Assembly: GCF_009914755.1 (NCBI RefSeq) | Contig: NC_060926.1 | Source: the human T2T-CHM13v2.0 reference genome, Homo sapiens | DNA: 64,000 nt | Strand: one strand, 5' to 3' | Shown: one piece after another, positions 1 through 15,134 of the stretch | Numbering within the stretch: position 1 is the stretch's first letter | Layout of the letters: every line of letters starts with the position of its first letter | Notes under the pieces: model-generated | Database searches by the model: none | What the model was told of the DNA's origin: nothing | Seen by the model: the letters and a program-made list of their open reading frames with translations, nothing else | Made by a program: the position numbers and the translations under genes

Positions 1-72
1 GACCGTAGAGAATGAAGAGAAGAGTTACGGCATATGAAAGTACATAAATCCAGTGAGGCTGGGAAAGCTGGA

Positions 73-75
<3 letters not shown>

Positions 76-108
<33 letters not shown>
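76..108. repeat. (CT)n microsatellite
   Basis: Uninterrupted CT run. Confidence 0.95.
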
Positions 109-115
<7 letters not shown>

Positions 116-219
116 TGAATCTTGTGTTTGTGTATATGTGTAGAATATATATCGACATTGGGTTTATAGGATATGTAGATAGTTTTTCACCTTGTTTTTC
201 ACTTAACTTTATATCATGA

Positions 220-525
<306 letters not shown>

Positions 526-768
526 TCTTAATATTCTTTAATATTGTTCAAGTATATAATGAATAATGGCCTCAATAACCTATTGTATGATTATGCTATA
601 ATTTATTTAGCTGAGGTCAATTATGGGACATTTAGATTTTTTGCAGTTTTTCACTTTTATAAATAATACTTGCAGAGAATATTCTTACCTATTCTTTGCA
701 TATTAAATAACTCATTTTTTGAGTTCTCAGAAGTGTATATTCTATGGCAAATGGTATGAACAATTTTA

Positions 769-1167
<399 letters not shown>

Positions 1168-1255
1168 TTATATAGGCATACATTTCATCATATCATGGGG
1201 TTACTTGCAGATTTTGGGGGATGAGGTGTGCTCATTTAAAGAAAATGAACATAGT

Positions 1256-1425
1256 CTGGCATGCTGGTGCCTGTCTGCAGTTCCAGCTACTCAAGAGGCT
1301 GAGGTGGGAGGATCGCTTGAGCCCAGGAATTCGAGGCTGCAGTGAGCCATGATCACACCACTGCACTTGAGCCTCGGTGACACGGGAGAGACCTTGTATC
1401 CAAAGAGAGAGGGAGAGAGAGAGAA
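1256..1425 (+). mobile_element. Alu monomer (right-arm/FRAM-like) with GA-rich tail
   Basis: CCAGCTACTC...GAGGCTGCAGTGAGCC motif. Confidence 0.85.
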
Positions 1426-1551
1426 AGGCTGAATATGATGGACACAGGAAGGCATTTGCTTAGTTACCAAGAGGTTTCACTAACAAAATATACCTCAGTT
1501 TTCATGTCAGAAGAACTGCTTTTATTTACTTGCACGATAGTCTCTCTTTAG

Positions 1552-1889
<338 letters not shown>

Positions 1890-2888
1890 ATCAGTATTTC
1901 TTATAAAGAGAGCTCTCTAGCTTTCCTCACAATGAGCTAATTCTTAATTCTACCTTTTCTACTTTGGAGGCGAGGTGAAATAATCCATTCTTTGGTGTCA
2001 TGATCGAGGGAAAACCTTCTCTCCAACTCTCAAATTTACCCCTACAAGTAGGTATCCTGGCTCAAGCTAAATGCCTACTAGGCTTACATAACATATTATA
2101 GTGACCATGACCTTATGTTAAATGCAATGGAATTGAAACCCAGAACTAGTGTTCTCACTAATAGTTTCTACCTTATATAGAGTAAATGTCATCATGGAAA
2201 TATCAAAGGGGAAATGTGATGGGGGCAGGGAGACCATTTATAGGACTGGGCTGACATGGAATGATGTCCACTAGAACATGAAGGGTTTCAAGGCCGAGTG
2301 GATGTCACAGCCATGAGATGAATGTTGCAAGTGATATGTTCATACTCACACCAGCTGTCCTGGCTCTCCCTTAAGTGCATATCTCAGTTCAGGGATAACC
2401 ATGAGCAGCTCAGAGCCCTCAGCACCCCAGGTGGGCAGGAATGCGTAGAGCACGGGCCACTTTGAAACCTCTACCCTGTTCCTGACCCTATTCCCACATG
2501 GGGAAAGTATGGGTCAGGGAAAGCATCTATGCAAGCTGTTCAATGAGCATGTTTTAGGCGTAGCAGTTTTTCTCTGACTTCATTAACTCATGGGAAGTAA
2601 TTCTCTAGAAGTACATTAGAGCTCTTTTACTTGTTATAAACAACACTGTTGCTGACTACCAAAGTAATGCAGTACAGTGTAGAAATAGAAAAAGGAATAA
2701 AAGTCATCCACAATCCCAGAACCCAGAGATAACCACCATTAACATTTTAGTAAATGTTTTTATTCATTTATCCATAGATCTATAGACACATGGTCATCTC
2801 TTTTGTAATTCTGAGATCATACAGTAGTACTATTTTGTAATCTCCTCTTTTCATTTAACAAAATGTGAACATTTTCCCACATCATTAA

Positions 2889-3079
<191 letters not shown>

Positions 3080-3408
3080 TACACTATGATTTTTACAGCT
3101 GCATAGTATACTAACCTATGGAGGTAGCATTAATTATTTAATCATGACCATCTGAGTGTACCTGTAAGTTGTTTATGTTATTGCACCATTAAAAATAATA
3201 TTGTGAGAAGACTTACTGTTAGACAAATCTTTGAATATGGCTCTGATTATTTCCCTTGGGCTAATTCCTTAGTGTGAAATTGCTTAGTTAAAGGTAGTCA
3301 CATTTTGGAGCTTTCGATAAACGTACTAACTTGCTCTCCAGAAATGTAGAATATTTCACACACCTGTATATGAGAGTACCTGTTTAACTGTCTTCTCATC
3401 TATACTAA

Positions 3409-3749
<341 letters not shown>

Positions 3750-3776
3750 AAGAATTTTTTTAAAAAACACCTCTTA

Positions 3777-4499
<723 letters not shown>

Positions 4500-4574
4500 T
4501 CAAATTTGATTTCCATCAGATGTTATCTCCTCATTTTAGTTTTTACTGCTTTCTTTCTTTTTGAGACTTTATTC

Positions 4575-4733
4575 ATTTAGAGACAGGGTCTCACTCTGTT
4601 GCCCAGACTGGAGTTCAGTGGCACAATCAGGGCTCACTGAAGCCTCAACCTCCCAGGCTCAAGTGATCCTCCCACCTCAGCACCTCATCACCTGAGTAAC
4701 AGGGACTACAGGCATGCGCCACCATGCCTGGCT
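4575..4733 (-). mobile_element. AluJ right arm
   Basis: GAGACAGGGTCTCACTCTG...GCTCAAGTGATCCTCCCACC. Confidence 0.85.
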
Positions 4734-4745
4734 AATTTAGACTTT

Positions 4746-6249
<1,504 letters not shown>

Positions 6250-6435
6250 TGAGACCAGTAACTGCTGGCAATAACAGAAAGATGCTTCCCCCACAATTTT
6301 GGCCCTGGGAGGAACTTGGGCTCTTCCACGGGAATCTTTTCTCACTTTTGGGTAAGGACAGCCCATTTCACATGAAGGACTCTCTGGACCTGGGTCATGG
6401 CTCACCTCATGGGCTGATGCAAAAATGCCACCATG

Positions 6436-6564
6436 GCTGGGCATGGTGGCTCACACCGGTAATACCAGAACTCTGGGATGCTGAGGTGGAAAGATTGCTT
6501 GAGGCCAGGGTTTGAGACCAGCCCTGGCAACATATCGAGACCCCAACTCTACAACAACAACAAA
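6436..6564 (+). mobile_element. FLAM / Alu left monomer
   Basis: GGCTGGGCATGGTGGCTCAC...GAGACCCC with (CAA)n tail. Confidence 0.85.
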
Positions 6565-8043
6565 GTCACATTTTGGAATTGAATTCAGGTTTCATTTCTG
6601 AGGTAACCTTATACTCATTTTAGTTTTATAACAGATCCTCTAGAAACTTTAATCATCACAGTTTAAATGGAAGGGAAGCCTTATCTGAAAATGTCATTCA
6701 GCTAAGTGCAAGTCTCCCAGGTACTCAAGAAGGAAAAGTCCCTATTCTGACTGGGAGGACTTTGATGATGAGCATCATTGGCTTTATGCAACTAGACATG
6801 ATCTGTTATTACAGACCATTCACATCTTGATCAAACACTCAGTTTGGGCCAAGCAAAGTTTTAGCCTAAGAAGAGAGTGAGGAATGATACAAAAAGCTTT
6901 TTGACCATGTATCTGGAGACACACTCATGTATGTGCACACATGTGCCTTCTGTTTGCATGTATAGGCACATATAATTATTCTAAAAGAAACTAAAGGGAA
7001 TAATATGCACAAAAGCAATTATGCATTTTTTATTTTTTTTCCTATTTCTTTTCTCCCCAAAATTGCAGACTGCCTAGATGCAAATTAATACAGTAACACC
7101 AAAAGAACCCTAAAGTCACAGCTGATTGCTCTGATGAACCTATGACAGGCACTAGAAGATTGCTTACTAAAGTCTGCAAGCAAAATAAAGAAACAATTTC
7201 TTACACCCATTGTAAAGGCTCTGTGTGCTTTAATTACATCCACCAAAGACCATAAACTCAGGTTGGGAAACTTCCATGTCTTTAATCTTAATTGTTGTAG
7301 TCCAAGTATTTCATTGCACTTGAAAACCCCTTATGACTTCTTACATTTCTAGTTAAAATTTATTTTTTAAATGCATGGTTTTTGTTTTTGTTTTTGTTTT
7401 TTTTACTCATAGACTTCTAAGTAAAAGTCCATAGACTTGGAAACAGAAGGGTTTAAAGTAAAACAAAAAAAATCTTAGGTTTTATTGTTATTATTACTTA
7501 AGTCAGAGGCAATTTTAACTTTTTGTCTTTATATAGCTTCTTTACAATGTTTTGATACTGCATTTGATCGTTTGGTTATTGGATATAAAGTTTGTGTTGT
7601 AAAGGACCGCAAACTAATGATTTTTTTAAAATGTGCAATTGAGATGTCATCTAATGATACACCTGTTTCTGGTTAATCAGAATGTTTTATCAAATCCTTA
7701 AAAGCTCACTGAGGTTCAACTGTGGTTTGGGATAAAATATACATAGATGAGGAATATCTGACTTATTTTTGTGTGGAACATGAAGTAGTATAAAAAATAG
7801 ACTTTTCAAAGAAGAATAAGACATGATGAATAAGAAACTGTTATCCAGGAAATTGGTATTATATTAGCCTACAATACAGACAAACTGAATAATGGAGTAA
7901 TGAGGATAGTATATGGGTGAGGAAAGAGCATCCAATAGATAACTCAAGAAAAGCCTAGGAAATCAGGTTCTTTGGCCTATGGAGATGGGAGAGAGAACTT
8001 GGTAACCCTTGTTTGCAAGCATACTGAGGTAATCTCAATTCTA

Positions 8044-8460
<417 letters not shown>

Positions 8461-8489
8461 TCAGCTCAATTTTCTGTTTCTGATCTTCT

Positions 8490-8590
8490 TTATTCATTCA
8501 TTTAACAAATATTTATTGAACACCTACCATGTGCCAGGTGCTCTTCTAGGAGCTGGGAATTCAGCAGTGAACAAAACAGACAAAATCCTG
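8490..8590. mobile_element. L2 3' end fragment
   Basis: ATTCATTCATTTAACAAATATTTATTGAACACCTACCATGTGCCAGG motif. Confidence 0.8.
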
Positions 8591-9169
8591 CCAAATTCCT
8601 TTAAACTGTAGCCTGCATTTTTTTCTTTCCACTTTCAGACCCCCCTTTCAGTCTTTAATCCCCTGCAACTTGATTTTTTCCTCCACCATCAAGATAAACA
8701 ACTCTCTAAAGACCAGTGATCTCGTAATCACTAAATCTAGTATCCGTTCCTCACTTCTCATCTTCCTTGGACTCTGTAGCATTTAACAGCTTCCAACTTC
8801 CATCATTAAAAAAAAAAAAAAAAAAAAACAACCTTTTGGCTCCTTTTGGTTCTGTGATAGGGCACTAGCAGGATTTGCCTTCTATTGCTGTTATTGTTTC
8901 TTCTCTGACACCTTCTCTTGCCTCCTAAATATTGGAGGTCCCTCAAGTTCTACATTCTGCTCATTTCCATTTTTTCCCTTAAATCTTTTTCCTCTAAGAT
9001 TTCTCATAGCTTAAACCATCGGCTCTATTGAGAAGTCTCCTGCGTGTATATTCCCAGACCCAACCCGCTCCTAAACCACAGTCCACATTTCAAACTGTGT
9101 GCTGGAGGCTTCCATCTGGACATCTGGTTATGACGCCAAGCACAATCTGTTTAAAACTGAACGCAGCAC

Positions 9170-9570
9170 TTGTACCACTCAGAGTTCTCTATTGCAAACA
9201 ACAGAAACCCACTCTGGCTGACTCAAGCAGAAAACAAATTCGCTGGGAGGATATCAGGTAGCTCCTTCAGTCGATGGGAAGATCAGAGGGCCAGGCACAG
9301 AAAATGGGCAGAAACCCAGGCAGTGTAGGGCACAGAGAGCATGGGCAAGTTTACTCTTTAGGAGTCTAGTGAGGACGCTGCCCTGGAGTGGGCTGCCCTA
9401 CTTCCTACCTCTGCACACCATCACTGTTGCTCTTCAATTTCTCAACTATCTTCAAGCATGGTCTCTGACTGCTAGTTTTTGTATCACTGCCCCCCAACTC
9501 ATCCCTGCCATTAAAAGACCTGGGTTGAGGCATTCACTTGGCCTAGGTCATGTGCCTGGGCCCCAGCTGT
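9170..9570 (-). mobile_element. Old MaLR LTR (MLT1K/L-like)
   Basis: TTGCAAACAACAGAAACCCACTCTGGCTGACTCAAGCAGAAAA and CCTAGGTCATGTGCC motifs. Confidence 0.6.
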
Positions 9571-11911
9571 CAAAGATGACCTCTGATTCCCTTCAGCTTC
9601 CCACAAAGGTTAATTCATCACTGTATTTTCTTTTCTCCAGTCACATCATTTCTTTAAGTTCCCATTTTAATATAATGCTGCCATTATTCTCTCCATCACT
9701 GGGAGCTGAACCTGGATAACCTGTTTTACTCCCTCCTCTTCCTTAGCTTCTGAGGCAATCAGTCCACCCAGCTCTGCGAGGGTTTTGTTTGTTGTTAATT
9801 CATGTTTTCCTTCACAAGATTTTTTTTTTCTTGGCGCTTTCTGCAGCTACTGCTTCACTGCAAGTCTCCTAATTGGATTCCCCACTTCCAGTGCCTCTTC
9901 CAATGTGTCCACCCGGTTTAATCTTCCTAAAGCAATGCTTTGATCATATCACTTTGCTGCTAAAACTGCATTGTTGATAGGCGTCTCAGTCTGGTGTTCA
10001 AGGATCTCCACAACAGAATCCCATTGAGCCCAAAAGGCAAACTGGTGCAGCGAAGAGTTTGATTTTCAGATGTAGATGGATATGGGTTCAAAACTTGATT
10101 TTCCCATTTTATAGTTTTATACTCTTGAGGCTCATTTTCCCTGTCTGAAAAATGGGGATAATGAAACCTACCACTTAAGGACCTTCATAAGTCAGAACTT
10201 TGAAAGTTGAAACGGTATTATATGTTGTATTTAGGTTGCAACATCAACCCACAGATGCTTATAATAGGCAATATTCAATTTCAGACCTGTCTGGTTCAAA
10301 ACCTTAAGTAAGGCTGTCATCAGTGTGGTTTAACGCAGGCAGGTTAGGATCAGCATGCTACATGTTTTTGGGGCTAAGTGGCAATCTAACCACCAATTAT
10401 GGCATTATTACTAATTTCAAACTGCTGACTTACAAATGACCTTTTGGAAACATTTTATTTGCAAGTAGAGAACTTCCTGTGTTATTAATTTTGAGAATTG
10501 AATTTCCTTGATTGGCTGCTTTCCACTCTAATATTTCTATTTAAAAGTATTTCCCTGCAGAATATCAATTTTGTAAGGGATTGTTATGAACTCTTCATGG
10601 AGAAAAATTTTACATTTATGATGGACACATGAAAATTATTAGCTATTATCTCTAAGGCTTGCCCAACATCCAGTAAATGTAGTAAAGCTATAACACATAA
10701 AAAGAAACTTTAAAGTTTGTTCCACAATCTCAACAAGTTCAAATCTCATTTCATGGCATAAATTCTGAATTAGCATTGGGAAAACTTAGCTCTGCAGGCA
10801 AGGCTAGTTGTCTTCTTTCTGTAGGTCATGGATGGCACCATGAGAAATGCCAAAATTAACCTCAATAGGCATTCGTTCACTCACTCATGCATCTATGCAG
10901 CAGGTCCTCCAAGTGAGGTATGGCTTGTGATCCCCACAGGATAGATTTCAGTCTCATAAGTTCTCACCAAGAATTTACAGCACTACTAATTGCTTGATTC
11001 TTTCCTGAAGTCAGCAAGTCTGGAAAGTCTTACGAGAGAGATAACCATCATGCCAAGATTGGTAAAACAGTTATTAAATAAGTATGATATTTTAAACCAG
11101 TCTCTACAGACACAGTTTATGAGTGTCTAAATATGCAGTGAAATATATTTTTTGTTTTTGCATTTTAATGTTTTCAAAAAATGAATACTTCTATGATTAA
11201 AATAAAATAAAAGTGAAATCCCCCATATCTCTCCTCTACCCTTTCCTTCTTCCACTTAATTTCATTTCTCAGAGGCAGCTACTTTTGACACTTTGGGGTA
11301 TCTCCTCTCAAACTCCTTTTATTTCTCTTGCAATAATTTTGAAGTTCTCCCTAGGCATTCTTTATGGTTAGAAGCTAGAATAACATTGCCATTTAGCTTC
11401 TTATAGATTTTGGAATTCTTTTACACACTGCTTACATTAAACATATTATAAAAATGAAGAATCCCTTTTTTCCCCCACTCAGGTATTAACTCTGATTTTT
11501 TTCTATCAAATTTGTGCTTACATGGACTACAGGTTTATACAATCTATATAGTTCCATGACTATAGGGTTTCATTTTTTAAATAACATTCAAATAATGAAA
11601 TAAAAGGAACTGAAGACACAGCATACTTAAAAAAAACCCTTAATTTTCCTTGGCATTTATTTTAAAATGTCTGCGGGAGAGAAAAGCAAGCAGACAAAAA
11701 CAGTTTATAGTTACTTTTCAAGATCATCTAGCTAGTGAGAGTAAAACAAAGAAATTGAATAGGAATCTTATTTTTCTTCAAACGTTAGGTCAAGACTTTG
11801 ACAATGTATCTTCACAAGTATTCTGAAACTCCTCCCACAACATACTAACCTTGACATAGAGGGGAAGGTAAGTATGCAGAGTCAAGATTCGATGTATAAA
11901 GAGAATGTTCT

Positions 11912-12208
11912 GGCCAGGCATGGTGGCTGAAGCCTGTAATCCCAGCACTTCAGGAGGCCAAGGCTAGGCGAATCACTTGAGGTGAGGAGTTCGAGACCAG
12001 CCTGGGCAACATGGCCAAACCCTGTCTCTACTAAAAATACAAAAATTAGCTGGGCATGGTGGTGCACAACTGTAATCCCAGCTACTTGGGAGGCTGAGGC
12101 ATGCTAATTGCTTGAACCCGGGGAAGCGGAGGTTGCCGTGAGCTGAGATCGTGCCACTGCACTCCAGCCTGGGCAACAGAGTGAGACCCTGTTTCAAAAA
12201 CCAAAACC
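11912..12208 (+). mobile_element. AluS
   Basis: Dimeric Alu; TSD ATAAAG(A/G)GAATGTTCT. Confidence 0.93.
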
Positions 12209-12744
12209 ATAAAGGGAATGTTCTAAGTTTTCATTATTTGATACAGCTATATTTAGCCTTTTCCAATAACTGGGATCCTGAAAAACGGCACATATTTTGC
12301 ATTTGCCTGAATTAAGTTATACTTAAGGAGCTCAAAGGGGCAATGGAACTCCACATTGAAAATAATCTAAAGATAAATCCTTTGTTAAGGTGAATAACCA
12401 AAATAACCCTCCAGTAATTCGTAACTGTTTAGAACCTTTGTATTTGTGTGTGTGTTTGATAATGTTCAGCTATGGTTTCACTTTTGAAAGATGTATGTTA
12501 AATTTTATTTTATCATAGTAGTATTAGAGGCTTAGATTGCAAGATGTACTTTGATAAATATAAAACAAAAATTCTGGCTGCTTTAAAACACTCAGGCACT
12601 GGTTGTTGAAACAATGTATTCAGATTGACTAGTTTTCAGAATTCTTCTATGTTTGTTCATTATTCAATAAATATTTATCAAAAAGCTGTTCTGTAATATG
12701 CACTAAGTATATAATAGAGAGCAAAAACAGGTACAAAATAAGAG

Positions 12745-13000
12745 CAGCTAATACCTACTGAGCACTTATAACATATTGTGCCCTGTTTTAAGTGCTTTAC
12801 ATATATTACCTCATAGCATCCTCTCAAAAACTCTAAGAAGTAGAAGTGTTATCATCTCCATTTTGCAGTCAATAAAATGGAGGCACAGAGAGGTTAGGTA
12901 ATTTGTCCAGTGTTTCATAGCTAGTACATGATGAGTTGGGATGTGAATCTGGGCAGCATGATTCCAGAGTCTGCACTCTTAACTGCTGGGATGTACTAAC
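12745..13000 (-). mobile_element. MIR
   Basis: TACTGAGCACTTA...CCATTTTGCAG...GAGGCACAGAGAGGTTAGGTAATTTGTCCA core. Confidence 0.8.
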
Positions 13001-13116
13001 TCTCCTACATTTTAACAGCTTTCCTTGTAGTATACAGTATAATGAATGAGATGCTTATTGAATAAATCATTCAAGCAAATGAAAAATTTTAACTCTGATG
13101 AATGCCACGAAGGGGA

Positions 13117-13345
13117 GTGTGGCAGAAACCAGAGAGCTGTTACCAAAATATGTCTCTTTTCCTTCTGGATACACAGACTACATTCCTAGCCTCCCTTGCA
13201 GTCATGTGACCAAGTTGTGGCCAGTGGAATGTGGACAAAAGGGAGGTACACACTTCCAGGTCTGGACCATAAAACATATGTATACCAATATGCCAAGTTC
13301 TTATTCTTTTAATCGACCTAAGGCAGAGAGTGTGGCCTGAAGACA
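13117..13345 (+). mobile_element. MaLR LTR fragment (MLT1I/J-like)
   Basis: TGTGGCAG start; ACTACATTCCTAGCCTCCCTTGCAG...CATGTGAC...GGCCAGTGGAATGTG. Confidence 0.65.
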
Positions 13346-14717
13346 CAAAGGAACAGCTGTCAGAATTGAGAACTTCTCAAACATTTACTTAGGCTTAATA
13401 GAAACTTATGCATATGAAAATGCCCATAGCAGAAGGAACATTGGGTAAATCATTTAAGTTTGAAGAGAAGGAAATTTTAGACACCGTTTAGTCTGTAACC
13501 TGAATTTATCTTGGCTGCGTTATGGCCAGTCTCCATATAGTATGGTATTCAGAAACAGGTCTTATATCCAAATAAGAAATGCAAAGTAATTTACATTTTT
13601 AGGGAAGATTTTTAAAGAGGCAACAAAGGGAGACGTATACCCCAAGAAGGTTTAACAATCCTTTCAATCATTTAATTCCTCTAAGTCTCTCTCATCATTA
13701 CATATTTCTTGTCTCCCTTCTTGTTTGTCCCTCTCTCCTGCAACTCTGTGTAGTAGGACTCTGTTTTCCCCTAACTCAGCTTTTTATTATGTATTTATCA
13801 ATTTATTATGTATAGATCAATTCAGTTCTTCAGTACCTTACAGCTCTTCTCTCTCTTACTCTAATCTGCACAACTGAGCCCCAGGAGGGACTTGACAAAC
13901 CATGAGAAAGTCTTTAGAAGTATGGGAAATCGTGTTGGGGAAGGGAGGAAGAATATGAACGCTATGTATATTTACATGTTTTGGTTACATGTCCAGACAA
14001 CCAATTTGCAAATGAATAAAGTGACGCCTAAATAAATTAGGTGATTTGACACTCTTGAGTCATACGGAGTTGGGCCTAGAACTCAGTGTTACTTCATTTG
14101 AAATAACCCTTATTATGGTTCCCTAGCAGGCCATCCTATAGCCTGCCATATATGGTCGTTTTGCACCCCTAGACGACAGAACGCTAGGGAGAGTAAGGAA
14201 GGCTGAGTTTTTGCTTCTACTAGGTTCGATGACCTTGGGCAGGTTGTCCTCTCTAAGGCTCTGTGTTTTTCTTCATAAGAAGGGTTAGACAAGATGATCT
14301 TTTGGGTCATGTCCAGCACTAAAATTCCTTGCTTCTGATCTGTCCCGGGCCCTGCGGCTGTGGCAGTGGTGGTATCGAGCTAGTCAAGAAGCTTCGCCCC
14401 TATTTGTCCCCCACCCTATTGGGGGAGAGGGAGAACCTCTCCCTCTTGGTTGCTTCTTTAGTGTCCTTGTAGGACCCACGTGGTGGTCATCTCCCGTCAC
14501 GGGGGTCCAGTCTTGGCTCTGCGGGCTTCCCAGGGGCCACATAGGGAGAGGATCCTTCATGCATCAGAGTATCGCAGGCCAGAGTCTATGCCTTATCCCC
14601 ACCTGTTTGGAACCAGCTTCCAAACCGTGGTCCCCAGCCTTCAGCAGGCCTACCGCGCAGGCGCAACCACCAGCCTGGCGCGAGGCGGACAAACGCCGAG
14701 GCCGAGGCAAGGTGAGA

Positions 14718-14840
14718 GGGCGGGGCTGGCAAGACCCCGCCTCCGTGGCGTCACGTGGGAGGCGGAGTCGGAAGTGTGACGGCGTGCGCGGGGCGGGGCT
14801 ACTGCTGCGCGCGGGCGCGGGCGCGGGGGCGGGGCGGGGC
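14718..14840 (+). promoter_or_regulatory. Proximal promoter motif cluster: E-box (GTCACGTGG 14750-14758), ETS (CGGAAGTG 14769-14776), Sp/KLF GC boxes (GGGGCGGGGC 14790-14799, 14826-14840)
   Basis: Direct matches to USF/MiT-TFE-type E-box, GABPA/ELK-type ETS and Sp1 consensus. Occupancy is inferred, not shown. Confidence 0.7.
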
Positions 14841-15109
14841 GCGGCGCGGCGCGGCGCTCGCGGCTGCTGCCTGGGAGGGAGGCCGGGCAGGCGGCTGAGC
14901 GGCGCGGCTCTCAACGTGACGGGGAAGTGGTTCGGGCGGCCGCGGCTTACTACCCCAGGGCGAACGGACGGACGACGGAGGCGGGAGCCGGTAGCCGAGC
15001 CGGGCGACCTAGAGAACGAGCGGGTCAGGCTCAGCGTCGGCCACTCTGTCGGTCCGCTGAATGAAGTGCCCGCCCCTCTGAGCCCGGAGCCCGGCGCTTT
15101 CCCCGCAAG
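14840..15109 (+). other. EML4: EML4 5' UTR (exon 1 non-coding part); TSS approximate
   Basis: GC-rich leader starting near (GGCGC)4 at 14838-14857, directly downstream of the GC-box cluster and contiguous with the ATG. The exact TSS cannot be read from sequence. Confidence 0.75.
15061..15081 (+). promoter_or_regulatory. Upstream ORF in EML4 5' UTR (MKCPPL*)
   Basis: ATG AAG TGC CCG CCC CTC TGA; weak context (TGAATGA); stops 28 nt before the main ATG. Confidence 0.7.
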
Positions 15110-15134
15110 ATGGACGGTTTCGCCGGCAGTCTCG
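15110..15134 (+). CDS. EML4: EML4 (echinoderm microtubule-associated protein-like 4), coding part of exon 1: MDGFAGSL + first base of the next codon
   Basis: ATG GAC GGT TTC GCC GGC AGT CTC G followed by consensus donor GTGAGT (15135-15140). Strong Kozak context (AAGATGG). Peptide matches the EML4 N-terminus (MDGFAGSLDDSIS...) as I know it. Lies in a CpG island. Confidence 0.95.
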
